Positions 14,040 through 27,370 are shown, numbered from the stretch's first letter. The stretch: 64,000 bases of DNA from Gammaproteobacteria bacterium (GCA_036986115.1 BTQY01000002.1:49608-113607); one strand, 5' to 3'. The notes: generated by a model from the sequence alone, not told the origin. Translations and numbers: made by a program.

Positions 14040-14645
14040 TTAACACCCTGTCATGATCTTTCTCACCGGACCAAAAGTACGTCGATGTAGTGGCGTAACA
14101 CCCAAACTTGAGAGGGCCTGGATGTGCGCCCTGGTTGGATAACCCTTGTGCGATGCAAAACCATACCCTGGATATTGATTATCCATGTCGAGCATTTCCC
14201 GATCCCTGTCCACCTTGGCGAGTATGGATGCGGCACTGATGCAGGCCACCCGTTGATCCCCTTTTACTACTGCTTCAGATGGACAATCAAGTGCAGGACA
14301 ACGATTTCCATCAATCAGCGCATAATCAGGCTCTTGCGTGAGGCCTGCCATAGCGCGCTGCATTGCCAACATGGTGGCCTGGAGAATATTGTGTTCATCA
14401 ATTTCCTCAACACTGGCCCGGGCGATACACCAGCTCAGGGCACGGCATAAAATCACTTCATACAGTTCTTCACGCCTTTTTGCCGATAACTGCTTGGAAT
14501 CTGCCAGCCCGTCTACAGGCTGTAACGGATCCAGTATTACCGCTGCTGCGACTACCGGGCCAGCCAGTGGACCACGCCCGGCCTCATCTACACCGGCGAT
14601 AAACCTGACCTCGGGAGGAATCTTGGGTTGAGGTAAATCATTCAT
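14040..14645 (-). CDS. rnhB: Ribonuclease HII
   Basis: [31 protein letters not shown]. Confidence 0.98.
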   Translation of the reverse strand: MNDLPQPKIPPEVRFIAGVDEAGRGPLAGPVVAAAVILDPLQPVDGLADSKQLSAKRREELYEVILCRALSWCIARASVEEIDEHNILQATMLAMQRAMAGLTQEPDYALIDGNRCPALDCPSEAVVKGDQRVACISAASILAKVDRDREMLDMDNQYPGYGFASHKGYPTRAHIQALSSLGVTPLHRRTFGPVRKIMTGC

Positions 14646-14675
14646 TATTAAAGCCTGATACCAGTAGTGTCTTAT

Positions 14676-15806
14676 CTATGAAGTCGCTAATTCCAATACT
14701 GCCTGAGCTGCCTTCCTGTTAGTATCCTGTCGCAAAGTCTCATGTATTTGCGTGAATCTCTGTATTAATTCCTCTACCTTGCCAGGATTGTCCAGAAAAT
14801 CCAGCACCGCGAACCCCAGATTCTCTGCTGTGGCGTCATTCTGTACCAGTTCTGGTATCAAAGCCTCACCAGCCAGCAAATTAGGCAGCGAGAAATGTCT
14901 GACCCTTACCAATCTCTGGATAAACCAGTAAAACAATGATGATACCTTGTAGGTAACCACCATGGGCCGTTTCATCATTAATGCTTCAAGTGTTGCCGTT
15001 CCTGACGCCAGTAAAACAACATTTGATGCCTCCATAACGGAACGTGCCTGTCCTTCAAACAATATCACCGGAAGATCTCTCAAACGCCCCTGCTGGGATG
15101 ATTCAAATTCCTTTCGCACTGCTCCACTTGCAAAGGGGATAAGAAATCTCAGGTCCGGCTTTTCCTGCAAACACCATTCGATGGTATCAAGCAAAATACT
15201 GGCAAGATTCCGCACCTCACTTATTCGACTTCCTGGCAAGATGGCAATTATTTCTCCTGTCTGACTGATGCCCAGCCTGTCACGTGCTGCATGCCGATCT
15301 GGCACCAGCGCCAGTTTGTCAGCCAACGGATGGCCAACATACTGTACTTCTACATTTTGTTGTTTATAGAATTCATCCTCAAAAGGAAATAATGTTAATA
15401 ATAAATCCACGGCACGAGATATTAACCTGACCCGATATCGACGCCAGGCCCATACCTGCGGGCTGACATACTGAACCGTTTTTATCCCTGCATGATGCAG
15501 TTTTTCTTCAAGCTTAAGATTGAAGTCCGGGACATCAATACCAACAAATACATCAGGAGGGTTGTTAATAAAATGCTCAATAAGCTTCTTTCTGACGCTT
15601 TTTAACTCATTATATTGTTTGAACCCAATCAGACCTACAACAGATAGCATATCGGAGGGATACAGGGCGTTACACCCCTGGGCAATCATTTGTTCTCCTG
15701 CCACCCCTTCAAACCGGGCATCAGGATATTTTTCCCTGATAGCAGCAATGAGACCTGCTCCCAACATATCGCCTGACGACTCGCCGGCAATTATTCCAAT
15801 ACGCAT
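14676..15806 (-). CDS. lpxB: Lipid-A-disaccharide synthase
   Basis: AGESSGD, YVSPQVWAWR, LPGSR, ASGTATLE. Confidence 0.98.
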   Translation of the reverse strand: MRIGIIAGESSGDMLGAGLIAAIREKYPDARFEGVAGEQMIAQGCNALYPSDMLSVVGLIGFKQYNELKSVRKKLIEHFINNPPDVFVGIDVPDFNLKLEEKLHHAGIKTVQYVSPQVWAWRRYRVRLISRAVDLLLTLFPFEDEFYKQQNVEVQYVGHPLADKLALVPDRHAARDRLGISQTGEIIAILPGSRISEVRNLASILLDTIEWCLQEKPDLRFLIPFASGAVRKEFESSQQGRLRDLPVILFEGQARSVMEASNVVLLASGTATLEALMMKRPMVVTYKVSSLFYWFIQRLVRVRHFSLPNLLAGEALIPELVQNDATAENLGFAVLDFLDNPGKVEELIQRFTQIHETLRQDTNRKAAQAVLELATS

Positions 15807-15852
15807 GGGCAATCACCACACAACAATAGTATGATCAAAAAGAATCTCGGCT

Positions 15853-16626
15853 TCACCGGATAATACTACGACGTGCCTGTTTAATGAACGTCACAATGTT
15901 ACTTATTTCATTACTTGTTACAGCCATCTCTTCAAGAGCATTAACAGCATCTTCCAGGGTCAGTCTGGATTTATACAGAATTTTATAAGCCTTTCGCAGA
16001 TCACTTAGTGCATCTGCTGAAAAGCCACGTCGTTTTAAACCTTCGGAGTTCATGCCAAATGCTTTGGCAGGATTACCTGCTACACGCATATAAGGGGGAA
16101 CATCTTTTGAAATTGCGCTCCCCATGCCAGTAAAGCAATGTTCACCAATGCTGACAAACTGGTGCACCAGCGTAAAACCGCTTAGAATCGCATGATCTGA
16201 AATAATCACATGGCCAGCCAGTGATGCATTATTGGCAAAGATCGTATAATTTCCCACCTTACAATCATGGGCTATATGCGCATAGGACATGATAAAATTA
16301 TTATCGCCGAGACTGGTTACCTCGCCACCACTGGTAGTTCCGCGGTTCATGGTGACAAATTCACGAATAATATTGTTATCGCCTATATCAAGTCTGGTAT
16401 TTTCCCCCTCGTAGTGCATGTCCTGCGGGGCATCACCCAGGGAGGCATACTGAAAAATCCTGTTGTTCTTGCCAATCCTTGTTGGGCCATTGATAGTAAC
16501 GTGAGGACCTATCCAGGTCCCTGAACTAATTTCAACATTCGGGCCGATAATACTAAAAGCGCCAACACTCACGTCATCAGCGAGCGTAGCCTCTGGATCA
16601 ACTATGGCGTGTGAATCAATCCCCAT
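15853..16626 (-). CDS. lpxA: UDP-N-acetylglucosamine O-acyltransferase
   Basis: Hexapeptide repeats, HIAHDC, LAGHV, VHQF; ATG at 16626 overlaps the end of fabZ. Confidence 0.97.
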   Translation of the reverse strand: MGIDSHAIVDPEATLADDVSVGAFSIIGPNVEISSGTWIGPHVTINGPTRIGKNNRIFQYASLGDAPQDMHYEGENTRLDIGDNNIIREFVTMNRGTTSGGEVTSLGDNNFIMSYAHIAHDCKVGNYTIFANNASLAGHVIISDHAILSGFTLVHQFVSIGEHCFTGMGSAISKDVPPYMRVAGNPAKAFGMNSEGLKRRGFSADALSDLRKAYKILYKSRLTLEDAVNALEEMAVTSNEISNIVTFIKQARRSIIR

Positions 16627-17068
16627 CGCCTCGTTGCTCTGCACACAGAATATCAGCACTGGCCACCACATTACCGTCTACAGTGGCTTCACCCCTGAAC
16701 TTCCAGATATCACGAGCCCTTCTTACCAGATCAACTGAAAGTATCAGTTGATCACCAGGCTCAACAGGTTTTTTAAAACGTGCATTATCCAGACCTACCA
16801 GAAAATATAATGATCCGGCATCCGGTAAACGCCCCGTCGAGCGAAATGCGAGTATCCCGGTTGCCTGTGCCAGGGCCTCAAGGATCAGGACTCCTGGCAT
16901 AACTGGACGGCAGGGAAAATGTCCCAGAAAAAAGGGCTCATTATAGGTAACATTTTTATAACCAACCAGCCTCTTTTCAACCTCGAACTCTGTTACACGA
17001 TCAATAAGCAAAAAAGGATATCGATGCGGTAAATGCTTCAGAATTTCATTGATATCCATAGATTCCAT
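16616..17068 (-). CDS. fabZ: 3-hydroxyacyl-ACP dehydratase
   Basis: [30 protein letters not shown]. Confidence 0.98.
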   Translation of the reverse strand: MESMDINEILKHLPHRYPFLLIDRVTEFEVEKRLVGYKNVTYNEPFFLGHFPCRPVMPGVLILEALAQATGILAFRSTGRLPDAGSLYFLVGLDNARFKKPVEPGDQLILSVDLVRRARDIWKFRGEATVDGNVVASADILCAEQRGDGD

Positions 17069-17087
17069 AATATGTTCCTGATAATAA

Positions 17088-18098
17088 TTATTCTGGTTTT
17101 TCTGTTCTTGTTATTGTTTTCAGTAACTCGTCCAGTTGCTTGAAGCGAATGGCATTTCTGCGCCACCTGGCATTTGGCTGCGCTGTTGTTCCTGATGAAT
17201 ATACACCCGGTTCAAGTATGGATTCAGTTACAAATGTAGCGGCAGTAAGCGTTACATCATCGTGTATTTCCACATGATCTACAATAGACGCCTTGCCGGC
17301 AATTGCGCAGCGTTTGCCAATTTTTGTGCTGCCACCTATACCAACGCATCCCGCAATGACTGTATCATCACCAATATGGACATTATGCGCAACCTGCACC
17401 TGATTATCTATTTTTACGCCATCACCTATGAAGGTGTGATCAATTGATGCACGGTCTATCGTACTATTTGCTCCGATCTCAACATCCTTTCCAATAAGTA
17501 CTGTCCCCAGCTGCTGTATCTTCAGCCATTTTCCCTGATGACGAGCGAAGCCAAAACCATCTGCACCTATCACGACCCCGGGATGGAGGATGACATTATC
17601 ACCTATTTTAGTAGAAGAACATATTGAAATATTTGCGGCCAGATAACCATTATTTCCAATGGAGACACCATTCCCGATATAGCACCCGGGACCGATAACA
17701 GTATTGCTCCCCAGATGTACACCAGACTCGATCACGCAATTGGCGCCAATGGTAATATTCTCGCCAAGCACACAGTCATCTGCTATTACAGATGACGGGT
17801 GTACTCCCAGAGAATCAACATGACGCTTGTAGAACAGACCGCTGGCTAGTGCATAGCCTGCGTAGGGATCGTCCATCACTATCGAATTGGATGGACAATC
17901 ATCAAGTAATTCCGGCAGAACAATAACTGCCGATGCAGCAGTCTTTAGTAACTCGGGCCTGTAGCGTTTGTTTGAGATGAAGGATAAATCGCCAGCCCTG
18001 GCATTTTTTAATGACGCAATACCGGTGATCAAAATATCAGCATCACCATTTAATGTGCCACCAATTCGGTTCGTTAGTTCACCTAGGCTAATAGCCAC
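17088..18098 (-). CDS. lpxD: UDP-3-O-acylglucosamine N-acyltransferase
   Basis: Hexapeptide repeats, [29 protein letters not shown]. Confidence 0.97.
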   Translation of the reverse strand: MAISLGELTNRIGGTLNGDADILITGIASLKNARAGDLSFISNKRYRPELLKTAASAVIVLPELLDDCPSNSIVMDDPYAGYALASGLFYKRHVDSLGVHPSSVIADDCVLGENITIGANCVIESGVHLGSNTVIGPGCYIGNGVSIGNNGYLAANISICSSTKIGDNVILHPGVVIGADGFGFARHQGKWLKIQQLGTVLIGKDVEIGANSTIDRASIDHTFIGDGVKIDNQVQVAHNVHIGDDTVIAGCVGIGGSTKIGKRCAIAGKASIVDHVEIHDDVTLTAATFVTESILEPGVYSSGTTAQPNARWRRNAIRFKQLDELLKTITRTEKPE

Positions 18099-18121
18099 CT
18101 GCGATTCACCGGCACTCTGGA

Positions 18122-18649
18122 TTACTTTTTAGCTTTGGATGCTTGTTTCTTCATCCGTTCGAGGATTTTTTCTGTGATGTTAATACCCTTGTTAGCATAG
18201 GCAATACCATCATAAAGTATAACGGTGAATTTCTCAGATTTTCCTACCTCTCTAATCGCCTGATTAACCAGTTTCTGCAACTTGGTCAATTCCTGGTTGG
18301 CACGGATGGCCCTGTCTTCACGCAACTCCTCAGCTTTTCGTCGAAAATCACGGCGGCGGTTACGGATATTGCGTTCCGTCTTGATTCTTTCTGCCTCACT
18401 CATTACTGCGCCATCGCGCTGCAACTTGTCTTCAAGTTTCTTTGTTTTCTTTTGTTCTGCCAGTAATTTTTTATCTCTTGAGGAAAATTCACTTTGCAGG
18501 CGTTTCTGGGCTGCAACAGCCTGTGGGGCCTCCTGTAAAAGACGGTCAATAACAACAACACCAATCTTTATTTCTGCGAATGCAGGTCCGGAAAAAGTGC
18601 TCATCGCCAATATAAAAGAAATTATAACAAATCTGATTTTACTAAACAC
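18122..18649 (-). CDS. skp: Periplasmic chaperone Skp/OmpH
   Basis: Signal peptide, KIGVV, long coiled coil, NITEKIL; lies between bamA and lpxD. Confidence 0.93.
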   Translation of the reverse strand: MFSKIRFVIISFILAMSTFSGPAFAEIKIGVVVIDRLLQEAPQAVAAQKRLQSEFSSRDKKLLAEQKKTKKLEDKLQRDGAVMSEAERIKTERNIRNRRRDFRRKAEELREDRAIRANQELTKLQKLVNQAIREVGKSEKFTVILYDGIAYANKGINITEKILERMKKQASKAKK

Positions 18650-18666
18650 AAGACTTCTCCACTTAA

Positions 18667-20943
18667 TTAATATCCCTGACCAAATGTAAACTGGAAGTTC
18701 TCTACGGTATCTTCGCTTTCGGCATTAAACGGTGCGGCAATGCTTGCTGATAATGCACCAAATGGTGAAAGCCAGCTCACACCAACACCCGCTGAATATC
18801 TGAGAGCTGCACCGCCACTTCCTTCACCTTCTGTATTAAATACATTACCAGCATCAAAGAATGTCGTAAATCGCCAGGCCTTGCTGTCCTTGATGAATGG
18901 CACTGGAAAAATCAAATCCACATTACCAACAGCCCTGAAGTTTCCACCAAGTGGGTTATCAGCTATATCTTTCGGCCCCAGGGTGTTCGCCGAAAAACCT
19001 CTCACCGAACGTGGACCACCGGCATAATAGTTCTGGTAAAATGGCAATTCGGTAGTATCGCCGAAACTGTTTCCATACCCAAGGTCTCCCCTAAGCTGCA
19101 ACGTCAATGACTTTGTCAGAGACAAATACTTGGTATGCTTATAGCTTAGTTTATAGTACTGAAGTTGACCAATAGCGAGCTGTCCGTTAAGTGACTGGCG
19201 GGATCCTCTGTCAGGGAATATACCACGGTTCAGTGTGTTCCGGGTTAAGCCTCCCTGTAACTTTAATATAGTATAGTCACTGCCATTCTTGCTCAGGTAA
19301 TCCAGATACTCCAGCGGCGTTCTAGAGGATGTACTGATGCTGATATTCTCAATTCGGGCAGAAATATTCGCCCGGTCAAACTCGGATATTGGGATTCCAA
19401 AACCCATGCCAAATGAGAGTTCATTACTTCTGAAAGCACTTATATTCGCCTGTGCCGCATCTGTTTTGCGATAGTTGAAATCAAAGCTGCGGCTAACACC
19501 ATCCATAGTATAGTAAGGGTTGGTAAATGAGAATCTGTAGAGTGTATTAATGTCACTGTTATTAAAGCCAACACTAATACGTTTTCCCGTACCCAGGAAG
19601 TTGTTCTGGCTAATGCTGGCATTAAATATAATGCCCTGATTCTGTGAATAACCCAGACCAGCAAGAATATTACCCGATGGTTTCTCCACCACCGAATAAT
19701 TTACATCCATTTGATCGGCCACACCTGGCACCGCCTGTGTTTCAACTGTGACATCACTAAAATAGGCAAGCCTGTCCAGTCGGCGGCGAGACAGTTCTAT
19801 CTTGTCAGTAGATGCGTAGGCGCCTTCCATCTGACGCATCTCACGCCTAAGCACTTCATCACGGGTCCTGGTATTTCCAGAGAAATTGATCCTGCGCACA
19901 TAGACACGCTTGCCAGGATCAATAAAGAAGGTCATGGCCACCGTCTTTTTCTCTTCATTAACTTCTGGAATAGCATTCACGTTAGCAAAGGCATAACCTT
20001 CACTTCCCAATGCCTTGCTAATGTCATCACTGGTTTCATTGGCTGTTTTCCGTGAAAAAATATCTCCAGCACGAACATCAACCATCTTGAACAATTTTTC
20101 CCTGGCAAGGACCAGCTCTCCAGCCAGCTTAACCTTATCAATAGTATACTGATCACCCTCCGTGACATTAATGGTGATGTAAACATCCTTCTTGTCGGGC
20201 GTGATAGATACCTGGGTAGAATCGATCGTAAACCCTATATAGCCGCGATCCAGATAGTAGGAACGCACTCTTTCCAGATCAGCTGCAAGTTTTTGCTTTG
20301 AGTACTTATCCACGCCTGTGTAAAACGAAAGCAGGGTGGGAGTGGATAATTCCAGCTCATCCAGCAAATCTTCATCGCTGAAGACCTCGTTACCAACAAT
20401 ATTGATTTGATGGATCTTGGCAACCTTACCTTCAGATATATCGATCAATATACCGACACGATTCCTTTCCAACGGTGTTACCGTTGACTTGATTCGAACA
20501 GCATATTTACCACGACTGAAGTACAATCGTTGTAATTCCTGCTCTACCTTGTCAAGTAATGAACGATCGAAGACGCGGCCCTCAGCCAGGCCAATTTGTT
20601 TCAGTCCGTCAAGCATCTCTTCACTATCTATATCATTGTTACCTTCGATCTTGATAACAGAAATGGATGGTCGTTCGACGACAAAGACTATAAGTACATC
20701 ACCATCACGCTCCAGACGTACATCCTTGAAGAAGCCGGTCTTGAAGAGTGAGCGAATGGCCTTAGAGGAAACAGATTCTGTTAATGTTTCTCCAACCTTG
20801 ACTGGCAAATAATTAAATACTGTACCTGCAGATATTCTCTGCAGACCTTCAACACGGATATCCTTAATGACAAATGACTCAAATGACCACGCATTAGCCA
20901 TCAACGACAAGGTAAGTAACAAAATGCTAAATAGTCTTTTCAT
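18667..20943 (-). CDS. bamA: Outer membrane protein assembly factor BamA
   Basis: POTRA repeats (DIRVEGLQRI), YYAGG..SVRGF, C-terminal FQFTFG. Confidence 0.98.
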   Translation of the reverse strand: MKRLFSILLLTLSLMANAWSFESFVIKDIRVEGLQRISAGTVFNYLPVKVGETLTESVSSKAIRSLFKTGFFKDVRLERDGDVLIVFVVERPSISVIKIEGNNDIDSEEMLDGLKQIGLAEGRVFDRSLLDKVEQELQRLYFSRGKYAVRIKSTVTPLERNRVGILIDISEGKVAKIHQINIVGNEVFSDEDLLDELELSTPTLLSFYTGVDKYSKQKLAADLERVRSYYLDRGYIGFTIDSTQVSITPDKKDVYITINVTEGDQYTIDKVKLAGELVLAREKLFKMVDVRAGDIFSRKTANETSDDISKALGSEGYAFANVNAIPEVNEEKKTVAMTFFIDPGKRVYVRRINFSGNTRTRDEVLRREMRQMEGAYASTDKIELSRRRLDRLAYFSDVTVETQAVPGVADQMDVNYSVVEKPSGNILAGLGYSQNQGIIFNASISQNNFLGTGKRISVGFNNSDINTLYRFSFTNPYYTMDGVSRSFDFNYRKTDAAQANISAFRSNELSFGMGFGIPISEFDRANISARIENISISTSSRTPLEYLDYLSKNGSDYTILKLQGGLTRNTLNRGIFPDRGSRQSLNGQLAIGQLQYYKLSYKHTKYLSLTKSLTLQLRGDLGYGNSFGDTTELPFYQNYYAGGPRSVRGFSANTLGPKDIADNPLGGNFRAVGNVDLIFPVPFIKDSKAWRFTTFFDAGNVFNTEGEGSGGAALRYSAGVGVSWLSPFGALSASIAAPFNAESEDTVENFQFTFGQGY

Positions 20944-21005
20944 ACAACGCTCTAAGTTCTTATTTTATTTGTGGCCCGTTAATTCAGACACAAGTGCTTC
21001 CTGAC

Positions 21006-22370
21006 TTATAACAACCTGACGATATCGTTATAGATTGCCAATATCATCAGCGCCCCCAATAAGGCAATCCCGATACGCTGACCAAACATCTGTACCGCCT
21101 CTGAGACCGGGCTTCCCTTCACCATCTCCACGGCGTAATACATCAGGTGACCACCATCCAGCAAAGGTACAGGCAGCAGGTTCAATATCCCCAAACTAAT
21201 GCTGACTATGGCAAGAAACGCAAGATACTGTCCCATGCCTATAGCGGCAGAATACCCCGCATACTGGGCGATACTAATCGGCCCACTAATGTTTTTGACG
21301 GACGCATCCCCCACCAGCATTTTGCCCAATACTCGTACGGTCAACAACGAGACACGCCAGGTCTTGTCCAGCGCCTGACCAATGGCCTTGAAAGGCGAAT
21401 ATTGTAACACAGCAAAATAGCCTTTCGGACGTCCGGCCGGTCTTTGATTAGCTGCACCAATAAATCCTATGCTATTGTTTTTACTGTCTTTAATGGATTT
21501 TGGGGTAATTCTCAGGGTGATCTTTTGCTGCTGTCTCTGGATCTGTAGCCGGATCTCCTGCTCTGGCCGTTGCCGAACAAATTCGACCCACTGGCTCCAG
21601 TCATCGATATTGGTGCCGTCAGCACTGAGCAAACTGTCCCCAGGCCTGAGGCCGGCGGCCTCGGCACGCTCACCTGTGGTGAGCTTGCCAATGATGGCTG
21701 GTATCGGTGGACGGAAGGGGCGAAAACCAATGCTCTTCAGAATATTACGTTTATTCAAAACCTCATTCGGATTACTTAATCGTATCTGGTGATCAGTCGT
21801 TTGTTGATTGTCATCCATGACAGTAATATTTATTACGCCATCACCAACTACCTCATCAAGTATTGCAAACAGGACCGTCTCCCAGGTTGGCGTGTCCCTG
21901 CCCTGCACCCTGATTATTTTAGTAGCAGGTTGAATACCGGCAAGCATTGCAGGGCTACCTTCAATGACCTCCCCAATCCTCGGTGTAATACCGTTTACAC
22001 CGATGACAAACATCAACCAGTACGCCACCACCGCAAAAATAAAATTAAACAATGGTCCGGCAAATACAATAGCAAAACGTTTATAAACTGACTGCCGGTT
22101 AAAAGCCCGTGGTAAATCCTCCGTAGCGACCTCTGCCTCGCGTTCATCTGCCATCTTGACGTAACCACCAAGCGGGATCATGGCAATGACATATTCGGTA
22201 TTATCCGGGCCGAGCCTCCAGGTATACAGGGGTTTGCCAAAACCGATAGAAAAACGCAGCACCTTGACCCCCATCTTGCGTGCAACCCAGTAATGCCCAA
22301 ACTCATGCACTGTCACTAATAAACCAATGGCTACAATAAAGGCCAATACCATGAAAGAAATATTACTCAA
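21006..22370 (-). CDS. rseP: RIP metalloprotease RseP
   Basis: HEFGH, PDZ domains, [12 protein letters not shown]. Confidence 0.98.
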   Translation of the reverse strand: MSNISFMVLAFIVAIGLLVTVHEFGHYWVARKMGVKVLRFSIGFGKPLYTWRLGPDNTEYVIAMIPLGGYVKMADEREAEVATEDLPRAFNRQSVYKRFAIVFAGPLFNFIFAVVAYWLMFVIGVNGITPRIGEVIEGSPAMLAGIQPATKIIRVQGRDTPTWETVLFAILDEVVGDGVINITVMDDNQQTTDHQIRLSNPNEVLNKRNILKSIGFRPFRPPIPAIIGKLTTGERAEAAGLRPGDSLLSADGTNIDDWSQWVEFVRQRPEQEIRLQIQRQQQKITLRITPKSIKDSKNNSIGFIGAANQRPAGRPKGYFAVLQYSPFKAIGQALDKTWRVSLLTVRVLGKMLVGDASVKNISGPISIAQYAGYSAAIGMGQYLAFLAIVSISLGILNLLPVPLLDGGHLMYYAVEMVKGSPVSEAVQMFGQRIGIALLGALMILAIYNDIVRLL

Positions 22371-23560
22371 TGTGCAGTTCTCCGACGGGATTTTTCGATC
22401 AGGCCTGACGCCATCTGCCTGGTTTTCATATCCTCTTCAAGGATCACATCAATACTGTTTGCTTCCCTGACAGTTATTTCTGCAAGTGTCATCTCAATCG
22501 TTTTTGGAATATCGGTAAATAAAATATGATTATTAAGGAAGGCATCTACTGCAATTTCATTAGCGGCATTAAGGACTGTCGGGGCGGTGCCACCGGTTCT
22601 TACCGCTTCCATTGCCAGCCTCAGGCAGGGGAATCTGGCTACATCAGCCGGCTCGAAATCAAGGCGTGCAATTTCGAACAGATCCAGACTGTTAACACCT
22701 GATTCGATGCGTTCCGGCCATGCCAGTGAACAGGCAATTGGTGTCTTCATATCCGGATTACCTAACTGGGCCAATACAGATCCATCAACATATTCCACCA
22801 TCGAGTGGATAATACTCTGTTTATGTATGACAACCTGTATGTCAGATGGTTTCAGATTGAATAACCAGCATGCTTCAATGATTTCTAGCCCCTTGTTCAT
22901 CATGGTAGCTGAATCAATGGAGATCTTTCTGCCCATGTCCCAGTTAGGGTGGTTACATGCCTGCTGCGGTGTCACCGAGGCCAGTTCCCCGACTGGCCAA
23001 TCACGGAATGGTCCACCAGAAGCAGTCAGCAGCACTTTGCGTACACCTTCTGCCGCATCCCCGGCACGAAAACCGTCAGGCATGCACTGAAATATTGCAT
23101 TATGTTCACTATCGATGGGCAATAATGTGGCATTGTTACGATGAACTTCTGCCATAAACAAGTCGCCAGACATGACCAGTGATTCCTTGTTCGCCAGCAA
23201 AACCCGTTTCCCACTCCGGACTGCCGCCAGATTTGGTAACAGTCCTGCCGCACCGACAATAGCTGCCATTACATACTCGACTTCTGGCAAGGAGGCGACT
23301 GTCTCCAGGCCCTCAATACCAGACAGCACCTTAATATCAGGACAATCCTGTTTTAGTGCCTGCTGTAGTTTCTCCGCAGCAGCAGCATCAGCCATCACTG
23401 CATATGTCGGTGTGAATTGCCGGCATTGCCTGGCCATCCGAACTACATCCCGATGCGCCGTTAGCGCTACTACACGATATCGATCATTGTGGCGGGATAT
23501 GACGTCCAGAGTGCTTGTTCCAATAGAGCCAGTTGAACCTAATATGGTGATACCAATCAA
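22367..23560 (-). CDS. dxr: 1-deoxy-D-xylulose-5-phosphate reductoisomerase
   Basis: [28 protein letters not shown]. Confidence 0.99.
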   Translation of the reverse strand: MIGITILGSTGSIGTSTLDVISRHNDRYRVVALTAHRDVVRMARQCRQFTPTYAVMADAAAAEKLQQALKQDCPDIKVLSGIEGLETVASLPEVEYVMAAIVGAAGLLPNLAAVRSGKRVLLANKESLVMSGDLFMAEVHRNNATLLPIDSEHNAIFQCMPDGFRAGDAAEGVRKVLLTASGGPFRDWPVGELASVTPQQACNHPNWDMGRKISIDSATMMNKGLEIIEACWLFNLKPSDIQVVIHKQSIIHSMVEYVDGSVLAQLGNPDMKTPIACSLAWPERIESGVNSLDLFEIARLDFEPADVARFPCLRLAMEAVRTGGTAPTVLNAANEIAVDAFLNNHILFTDIPKTIEMTLAEITVREANSIDVILEEDMKTRQMASGLIEKSRRRTAH

Positions 23561-24390
23561 AACATATGCCCCACAATGATAAAACCGCTGACGAATACCG
23601 GAAATGCTGCCAGTAGACTGTCTATTCTGTCCAGGGTCCCCCCATGCCCCGGAATGATGTTACCACTGTCTTTAAGGCCACGGGAACGTTTAAAGATGCT
23701 AATGGCCAAATCACCCACAATGGAAAAAATAATCATGATGATTGCCAACAGCAAAAGAATCATGCTGTCAGTTATATTCAGTGCCAGGATCCGGCCGGCG
23801 ACAAGTACCACGATTATACCTGTCAACATACCCCCAAACACCCCTTCCCAGGTTTTACCCGGACTGATGGCAGGTGCCATTTTATGTTTGCCAAATCGTT
23901 TTCCAAATATATAGGCCCCGGTATCTGTACCCCACACAAGGGCAAGTACCAGCAGCACATACTCACGACCATAGCTGGAGTGCAGTAGCAATAACCCCTG
24001 CCACGCCGGCATCAGGATCAACAGGCCAATCAGCCCGCCTGTGATGGCCTGGATTAGATCGCTGCGCTGTGTGGTTATATGATGATATTTTGATAATATA
24101 ATGCATATAAACAGGTAACCCCACCACGTCACGCCAATGGCCAGCACAGAATAAACAAATCCTGTATTGGCCAGTTGTCTCCAGGTGAGAAACAGTATTA
24201 CCGCGATCAAACTGCTGTATATGATACGTGCAATATTGGAATTTATTGTTGCCAGGCGAGCCCATTCCCATGCTGCGATAACAAGAAAGATGGACATGGG
24301 TATAGCAAAATACCTGGTAGGGAGAAACAGTGTGGCCCAAACAACTGCCGGAATAAGTATGGCTGCGGAAATTAGGCGCTGCTTAAGCAC
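23557..24390 (-). CDS. cdsA: Phosphatidate cytidylyltransferase
   Basis: Polytopic; [29 protein letters not shown]. Confidence 0.97.
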   Translation of the reverse strand: MLKQRLISAAILIPAVVWATLFLPTRYFAIPMSIFLVIAAWEWARLATINSNIARIIYSSLIAVILFLTWRQLANTGFVYSVLAIGVTWWGYLFICIILSKYHHITTQRSDLIQAITGGLIGLLILMPAWQGLLLLHSSYGREYVLLVLALVWGTDTGAYIFGKRFGKHKMAPAISPGKTWEGVFGGMLTGIIVVLVAGRILALNITDSMILLLLAIIMIIFSIVGDLAISIFKRSRGLKDSGNIIPGHGGTLDRIDSLLAAFPVFVSGFIIVGHMF

Positions 24391-25147
24391 CCTTTATTTT
24401 CTCCACCTGTTCACCGGTTTGGCCAAACCGTCGCTGACGTGTTGCATAATCGTTTAGTGCCGTTTGATATTCATCTTCCCTGAAATTCGGCCACAGGGTC
24501 TCAGTGAAAAACAGCTCTGTATATGCAAGCTGCCAAAGCAAAAAATTGCTGATACGTTTATCACCACCTGTCCTGATAAAGAGATCCAGCTCGGGCATAC
24601 CATACAGGCATGTTCTCTCGTGCATAAGTTCTGGGGAGATATCGTCAATATTTATCTTGCCTTCTGCCACTTCAGCTGCAATTTTCTTTGCCGCCTGGCT
24701 AATATCCCATCGGCCACCATAGTTTGCGGCAATATTAAGTACCAACCCGGTGTTTTCTGATGTGGCGAATTCGGCCTGCTCAATCTGTTTTCTCAATTTG
24801 GCAGAGAATGCTGTTCTGTCGCCAATGACATTGATACGTACATTCTTCCTGTTCAGGGAGCGGGTTTCTTCTCGTAAAGACGTGAAAAACAGCTCCATTA
24901 ACAAACTGACTTCAGTCTTGGGACGACGCCAGTTTTCACTACTAAAGGCAAACAGGGTCAATACCTCGATACCCTTGTCGATACTCATCTCAATAGTGGA
25001 GCGTACTGATTTTACCCCGGAACGGTGTCCCGCTATTCTGGGCAGCTTACGGCTTGCCGCCCAGCGGCCATTGCCATCCATCACAATGGCAACATGCCTG
25101 GGAAGCACATCAATATCATCGACCGGAGTATCAGGAGAGGAGCTCAT
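24383..25147 (-). CDS. uppS: Undecaprenyl diphosphate synthase
   Basis: HVAIVMDGNGRWA, FAFSSENW, RISNFLLWQ. Confidence 0.98.
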   Translation of the reverse strand: MSSSPDTPVDDIDVLPRHVAIVMDGNGRWAASRKLPRIAGHRSGVKSVRSTIEMSIDKGIEVLTLFAFSSENWRRPKTEVSLLMELFFTSLREETRSLNRKNVRINVIGDRTAFSAKLRKQIEQAEFATSENTGLVLNIAANYGGRWDISQAAKKIAAEVAEGKINIDDISPELMHERTCLYGMPELDLFIRTGGDKRISNFLLWQLAYTELFFTETLWPNFREDEYQTALNDYATRQRRFGQTGEQVEKIKGA

Positions 25148-25158
25148 GGTTACAGGGA

Positions 25159-25716
25159 TCAGATTTCCATCAGGTCTTTTTCTTTTTCCTGGAGAATCTT
25201 TTCGATCTGGGAAACATTTTCATCCGTCAGTTTCTGGATATCATCATTTGCCCGATGTTCTTCATCTTCAGAAATTTCTTTTTCTTTTAGTAGCTCTTTA
25301 AAATCCGTATTCGCATCGCGCCGGATATTTCGCACGGCGACCCGTGTAGCCTCTGCTTCGCCCCGCACAACCTTTATCAGATCCTTGCGTCGCTCTTCAG
25401 TCAGAGGTGGCATAGGTAATCGGATCACCGTACCGGCAGTTGCCGGATTCAGGCCAAGATCAGAAGACATGATGGCCTTTTCAATAGACTGAACCATGCT
25501 TTTTTCCCATGGTGTTATCGACAATGTCCTGGAATCCTGCACCGCGACACTGGCGACCTGAGACAACGGTGTTTCCACATCGTAGTAGGAAACCATGATG
25601 TGATCCAGAATACTCGGATGAGCACGCCCTGTGCGTACCTTGGCGAGCTCATTCTTCAGCGAATCAAGGGATTTCCCCATTCTGATCCGGGCATCATTTT
25701 TTATATCTTCAATCAT
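25159..25716 (-). CDS. frr: Ribosome recycling factor
   Basis: [14 protein letters not shown]; ATG at 25716 gives about 185 aa and avoids overlap with pyrH. Confidence 0.98.
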   Translation of the reverse strand: MIEDIKNDARIRMGKSLDSLKNELAKVRTGRAHPSILDHIMVSYYDVETPLSQVASVAVQDSRTLSITPWEKSMVQSIEKAIMSSDLGLNPATAGTVIRLPMPPLTEERRKDLIKVVRGEAEATRVAVRNIRRDANTDFKELLKEKEISEDEEHRANDDIQKLTDENVSQIEKILQEKEKDLMEI

Positions 25717-25721
25717 CTGGA

Positions 25722-26447
25722 TTAACCCTTCACAAGGGTCCCCTCCTGCTGACCAAGGACAACCCGCTTCAGGGCCCCTGGCCTGGTCATATTGTACACA
25801 CGCAATGGCATATTCTGATCTCGACACATAATTATAGCGGTAGCATCCATGACCCCCAGACGTTTTGCAATGACCTCGTCAAAGGTAAGCATACTGTAGA
25901 ATTCTGCGTCGGGATGTTTGACCGGATCGGCTGAATAAACACCATCCACCTTGGTGGCCTTGATCATGGTATCAGCCTCAATTTCTACAGCACGAAGACT
26001 GGCAGCTGAATCAGTGGTAAAAAAGGGATTACCGGTACCGGCAGCAAAGATTACTACCCTTCCCTTCTCAAGATGCCGAATCGCACGACGGCGAATATAG
26101 TCTTCACATACCTGGTGGATCTGTAGCGCAGACATGACACGTGCCGATACATCATTTCTTTCCAGGGCATCCTGCATGGAAAGTGCATTGATAACAGTAG
26201 CCATCATTCCCATATGATCGGCGGTTACCCTGTCCATGCCGGATTGAGCGAGGCTGGCGCCCCGAAGGATATTGCCTCCCCCTATGACTAGGCCAACTTC
26301 AATCCCGAGACCGGTCAGTTCACGAATTTCACCGGCAACACGGAACAGAATATCAGGATCAATACCTTGACCGGCCTCTCCCATTAATGCCTCACCGCTC
26401 AGCTTGAGCAGGATACGTTTAAATATGGGTTTACCGTCTGATGACAT
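25722..26447 (-). CDS. pyrH: UMP kinase
   Basis: [23 protein letters not shown]. Confidence 0.99.
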   Translation of the reverse strand: MSSDGKPIFKRILLKLSGEALMGEAGQGIDPDILFRVAGEIRELTGLGIEVGLVIGGGNILRGASLAQSGMDRVTADHMGMMATVINALSMQDALERNDVSARVMSALQIHQVCEDYIRRRAIRHLEKGRVVIFAAGTGNPFFTTDSAASLRAVEIEADTMIKATKVDGVYSADPVKHPDAEFYSMLTFDEVIAKRLGVMDATAIIMCRDQNMPLRVYNMTRPGALKRVVLGQQEGTLVKG

Positions 26448-26485
26448 TTATTTAATGCAACCTTTGATCTTGCGACCTGCCGTGA

Positions 26486-27370
26486 TTATTCACCCTTGGC
26501 CTGAGCCATTACTTCGTCGGCGAAATTTTCTGATTTTTTCTCAATGCCTTCACCAACTTCCATCCTGATGAAATCAGTGACCCTGGCGCCCTTGTTAGAA
26601 AGGAGTTTTTCCACGGTCATATCAGAATCTTTCACAAATGACTGACCGAGCAGGGTGACTTCTTTAATGAACTTCTTGACCTTGCCATCAACCATTTTCT
26701 CGATAATATTTTCCGGTTTGCCACTTTCTGCTGCCTGAGCCACAAATATTTCCCGTTCCCTGGACAGAACATCTGCAGGAATATCCGTCTCAGAAACGCA
26801 AATTGGCTTGATTGCTGCGATATGCATGGCAATGTCTTTCGCCAGGGTATCATCACCGCCTTGCAACGTTACAATAACACCAATACGGGCACCATGCTGA
26901 TAAACGCCAAAGGTATTTCCACTGCTTTCCAATCGAACAAATCTACGGACACTGATATTTTCACCGATCTTGCCAACCAGTTCCTGGCGAGTATCCTCGA
27001 TAGTGGCTCCACCCTCAGTGATCGGCATGACTGCCAGGGCATCCAGGCTGGATGGATTATCGCTGAGTACGCGTCTGGCAACATCTACAGTAAACTGCGA
27101 AAATGATTCCTGTTTTGCCACGAAGTCAGTTTCAGCGTTGATTTCGACGATCGCCACCTGATTGCCATCCGGACTTTTCTCGATAACGACGACACCTTCT
27201 GCCGCTACACGGCCAGCTTTTTTGTCTGCCTTGGCAGCGCCTGATTTACGCATAGCCTCAATAGCACCATCTATATCCCCTTCATTTTCAACAAGGGCCT
27301 TTTTGCACTCCATCATGCCTGCGCCGGTTCTTTCACGCAGCTCTTTAACTTGTGCAGCGCTAATTGCCAT
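26486..27370 (-). CDS. tsf: Elongation factor Ts
   Basis: [25 protein letters not shown]. Confidence 0.99.
   Translation of the reverse strand: MAISAAQVKELRERTGAGMMECKKALVENEGDIDGAIEAMRKSGAAKADKKAGRVAAEGVVVIEKSPDGNQVAIVEINAETDFVAKQESFSQFTVDVARRVLSDNPSSLDALAVMPITEGGATIEDTRQELVGKIGENISVRRFVRLESSGNTFGVYQHGARIGVIVTLQGGDDTLAKDIAMHIAAIKPICVSETDIPADVLSREREIFVAQAAESGKPENIIEKMVDGKVKKFIKEVTLLGQSFVKDSDMTVEKLLSNKGARVTDFIRMEVGEGIEKKSENFADEVMAQAKGE

Noticed and set aside
25717-25827. N-terminal extensions of frr (likewise lpxA, prkB, nifJ) in the ORF track
   Set aside because: Artefacts of choosing the most upstream start; downstream ATGs give typical protein lengths.
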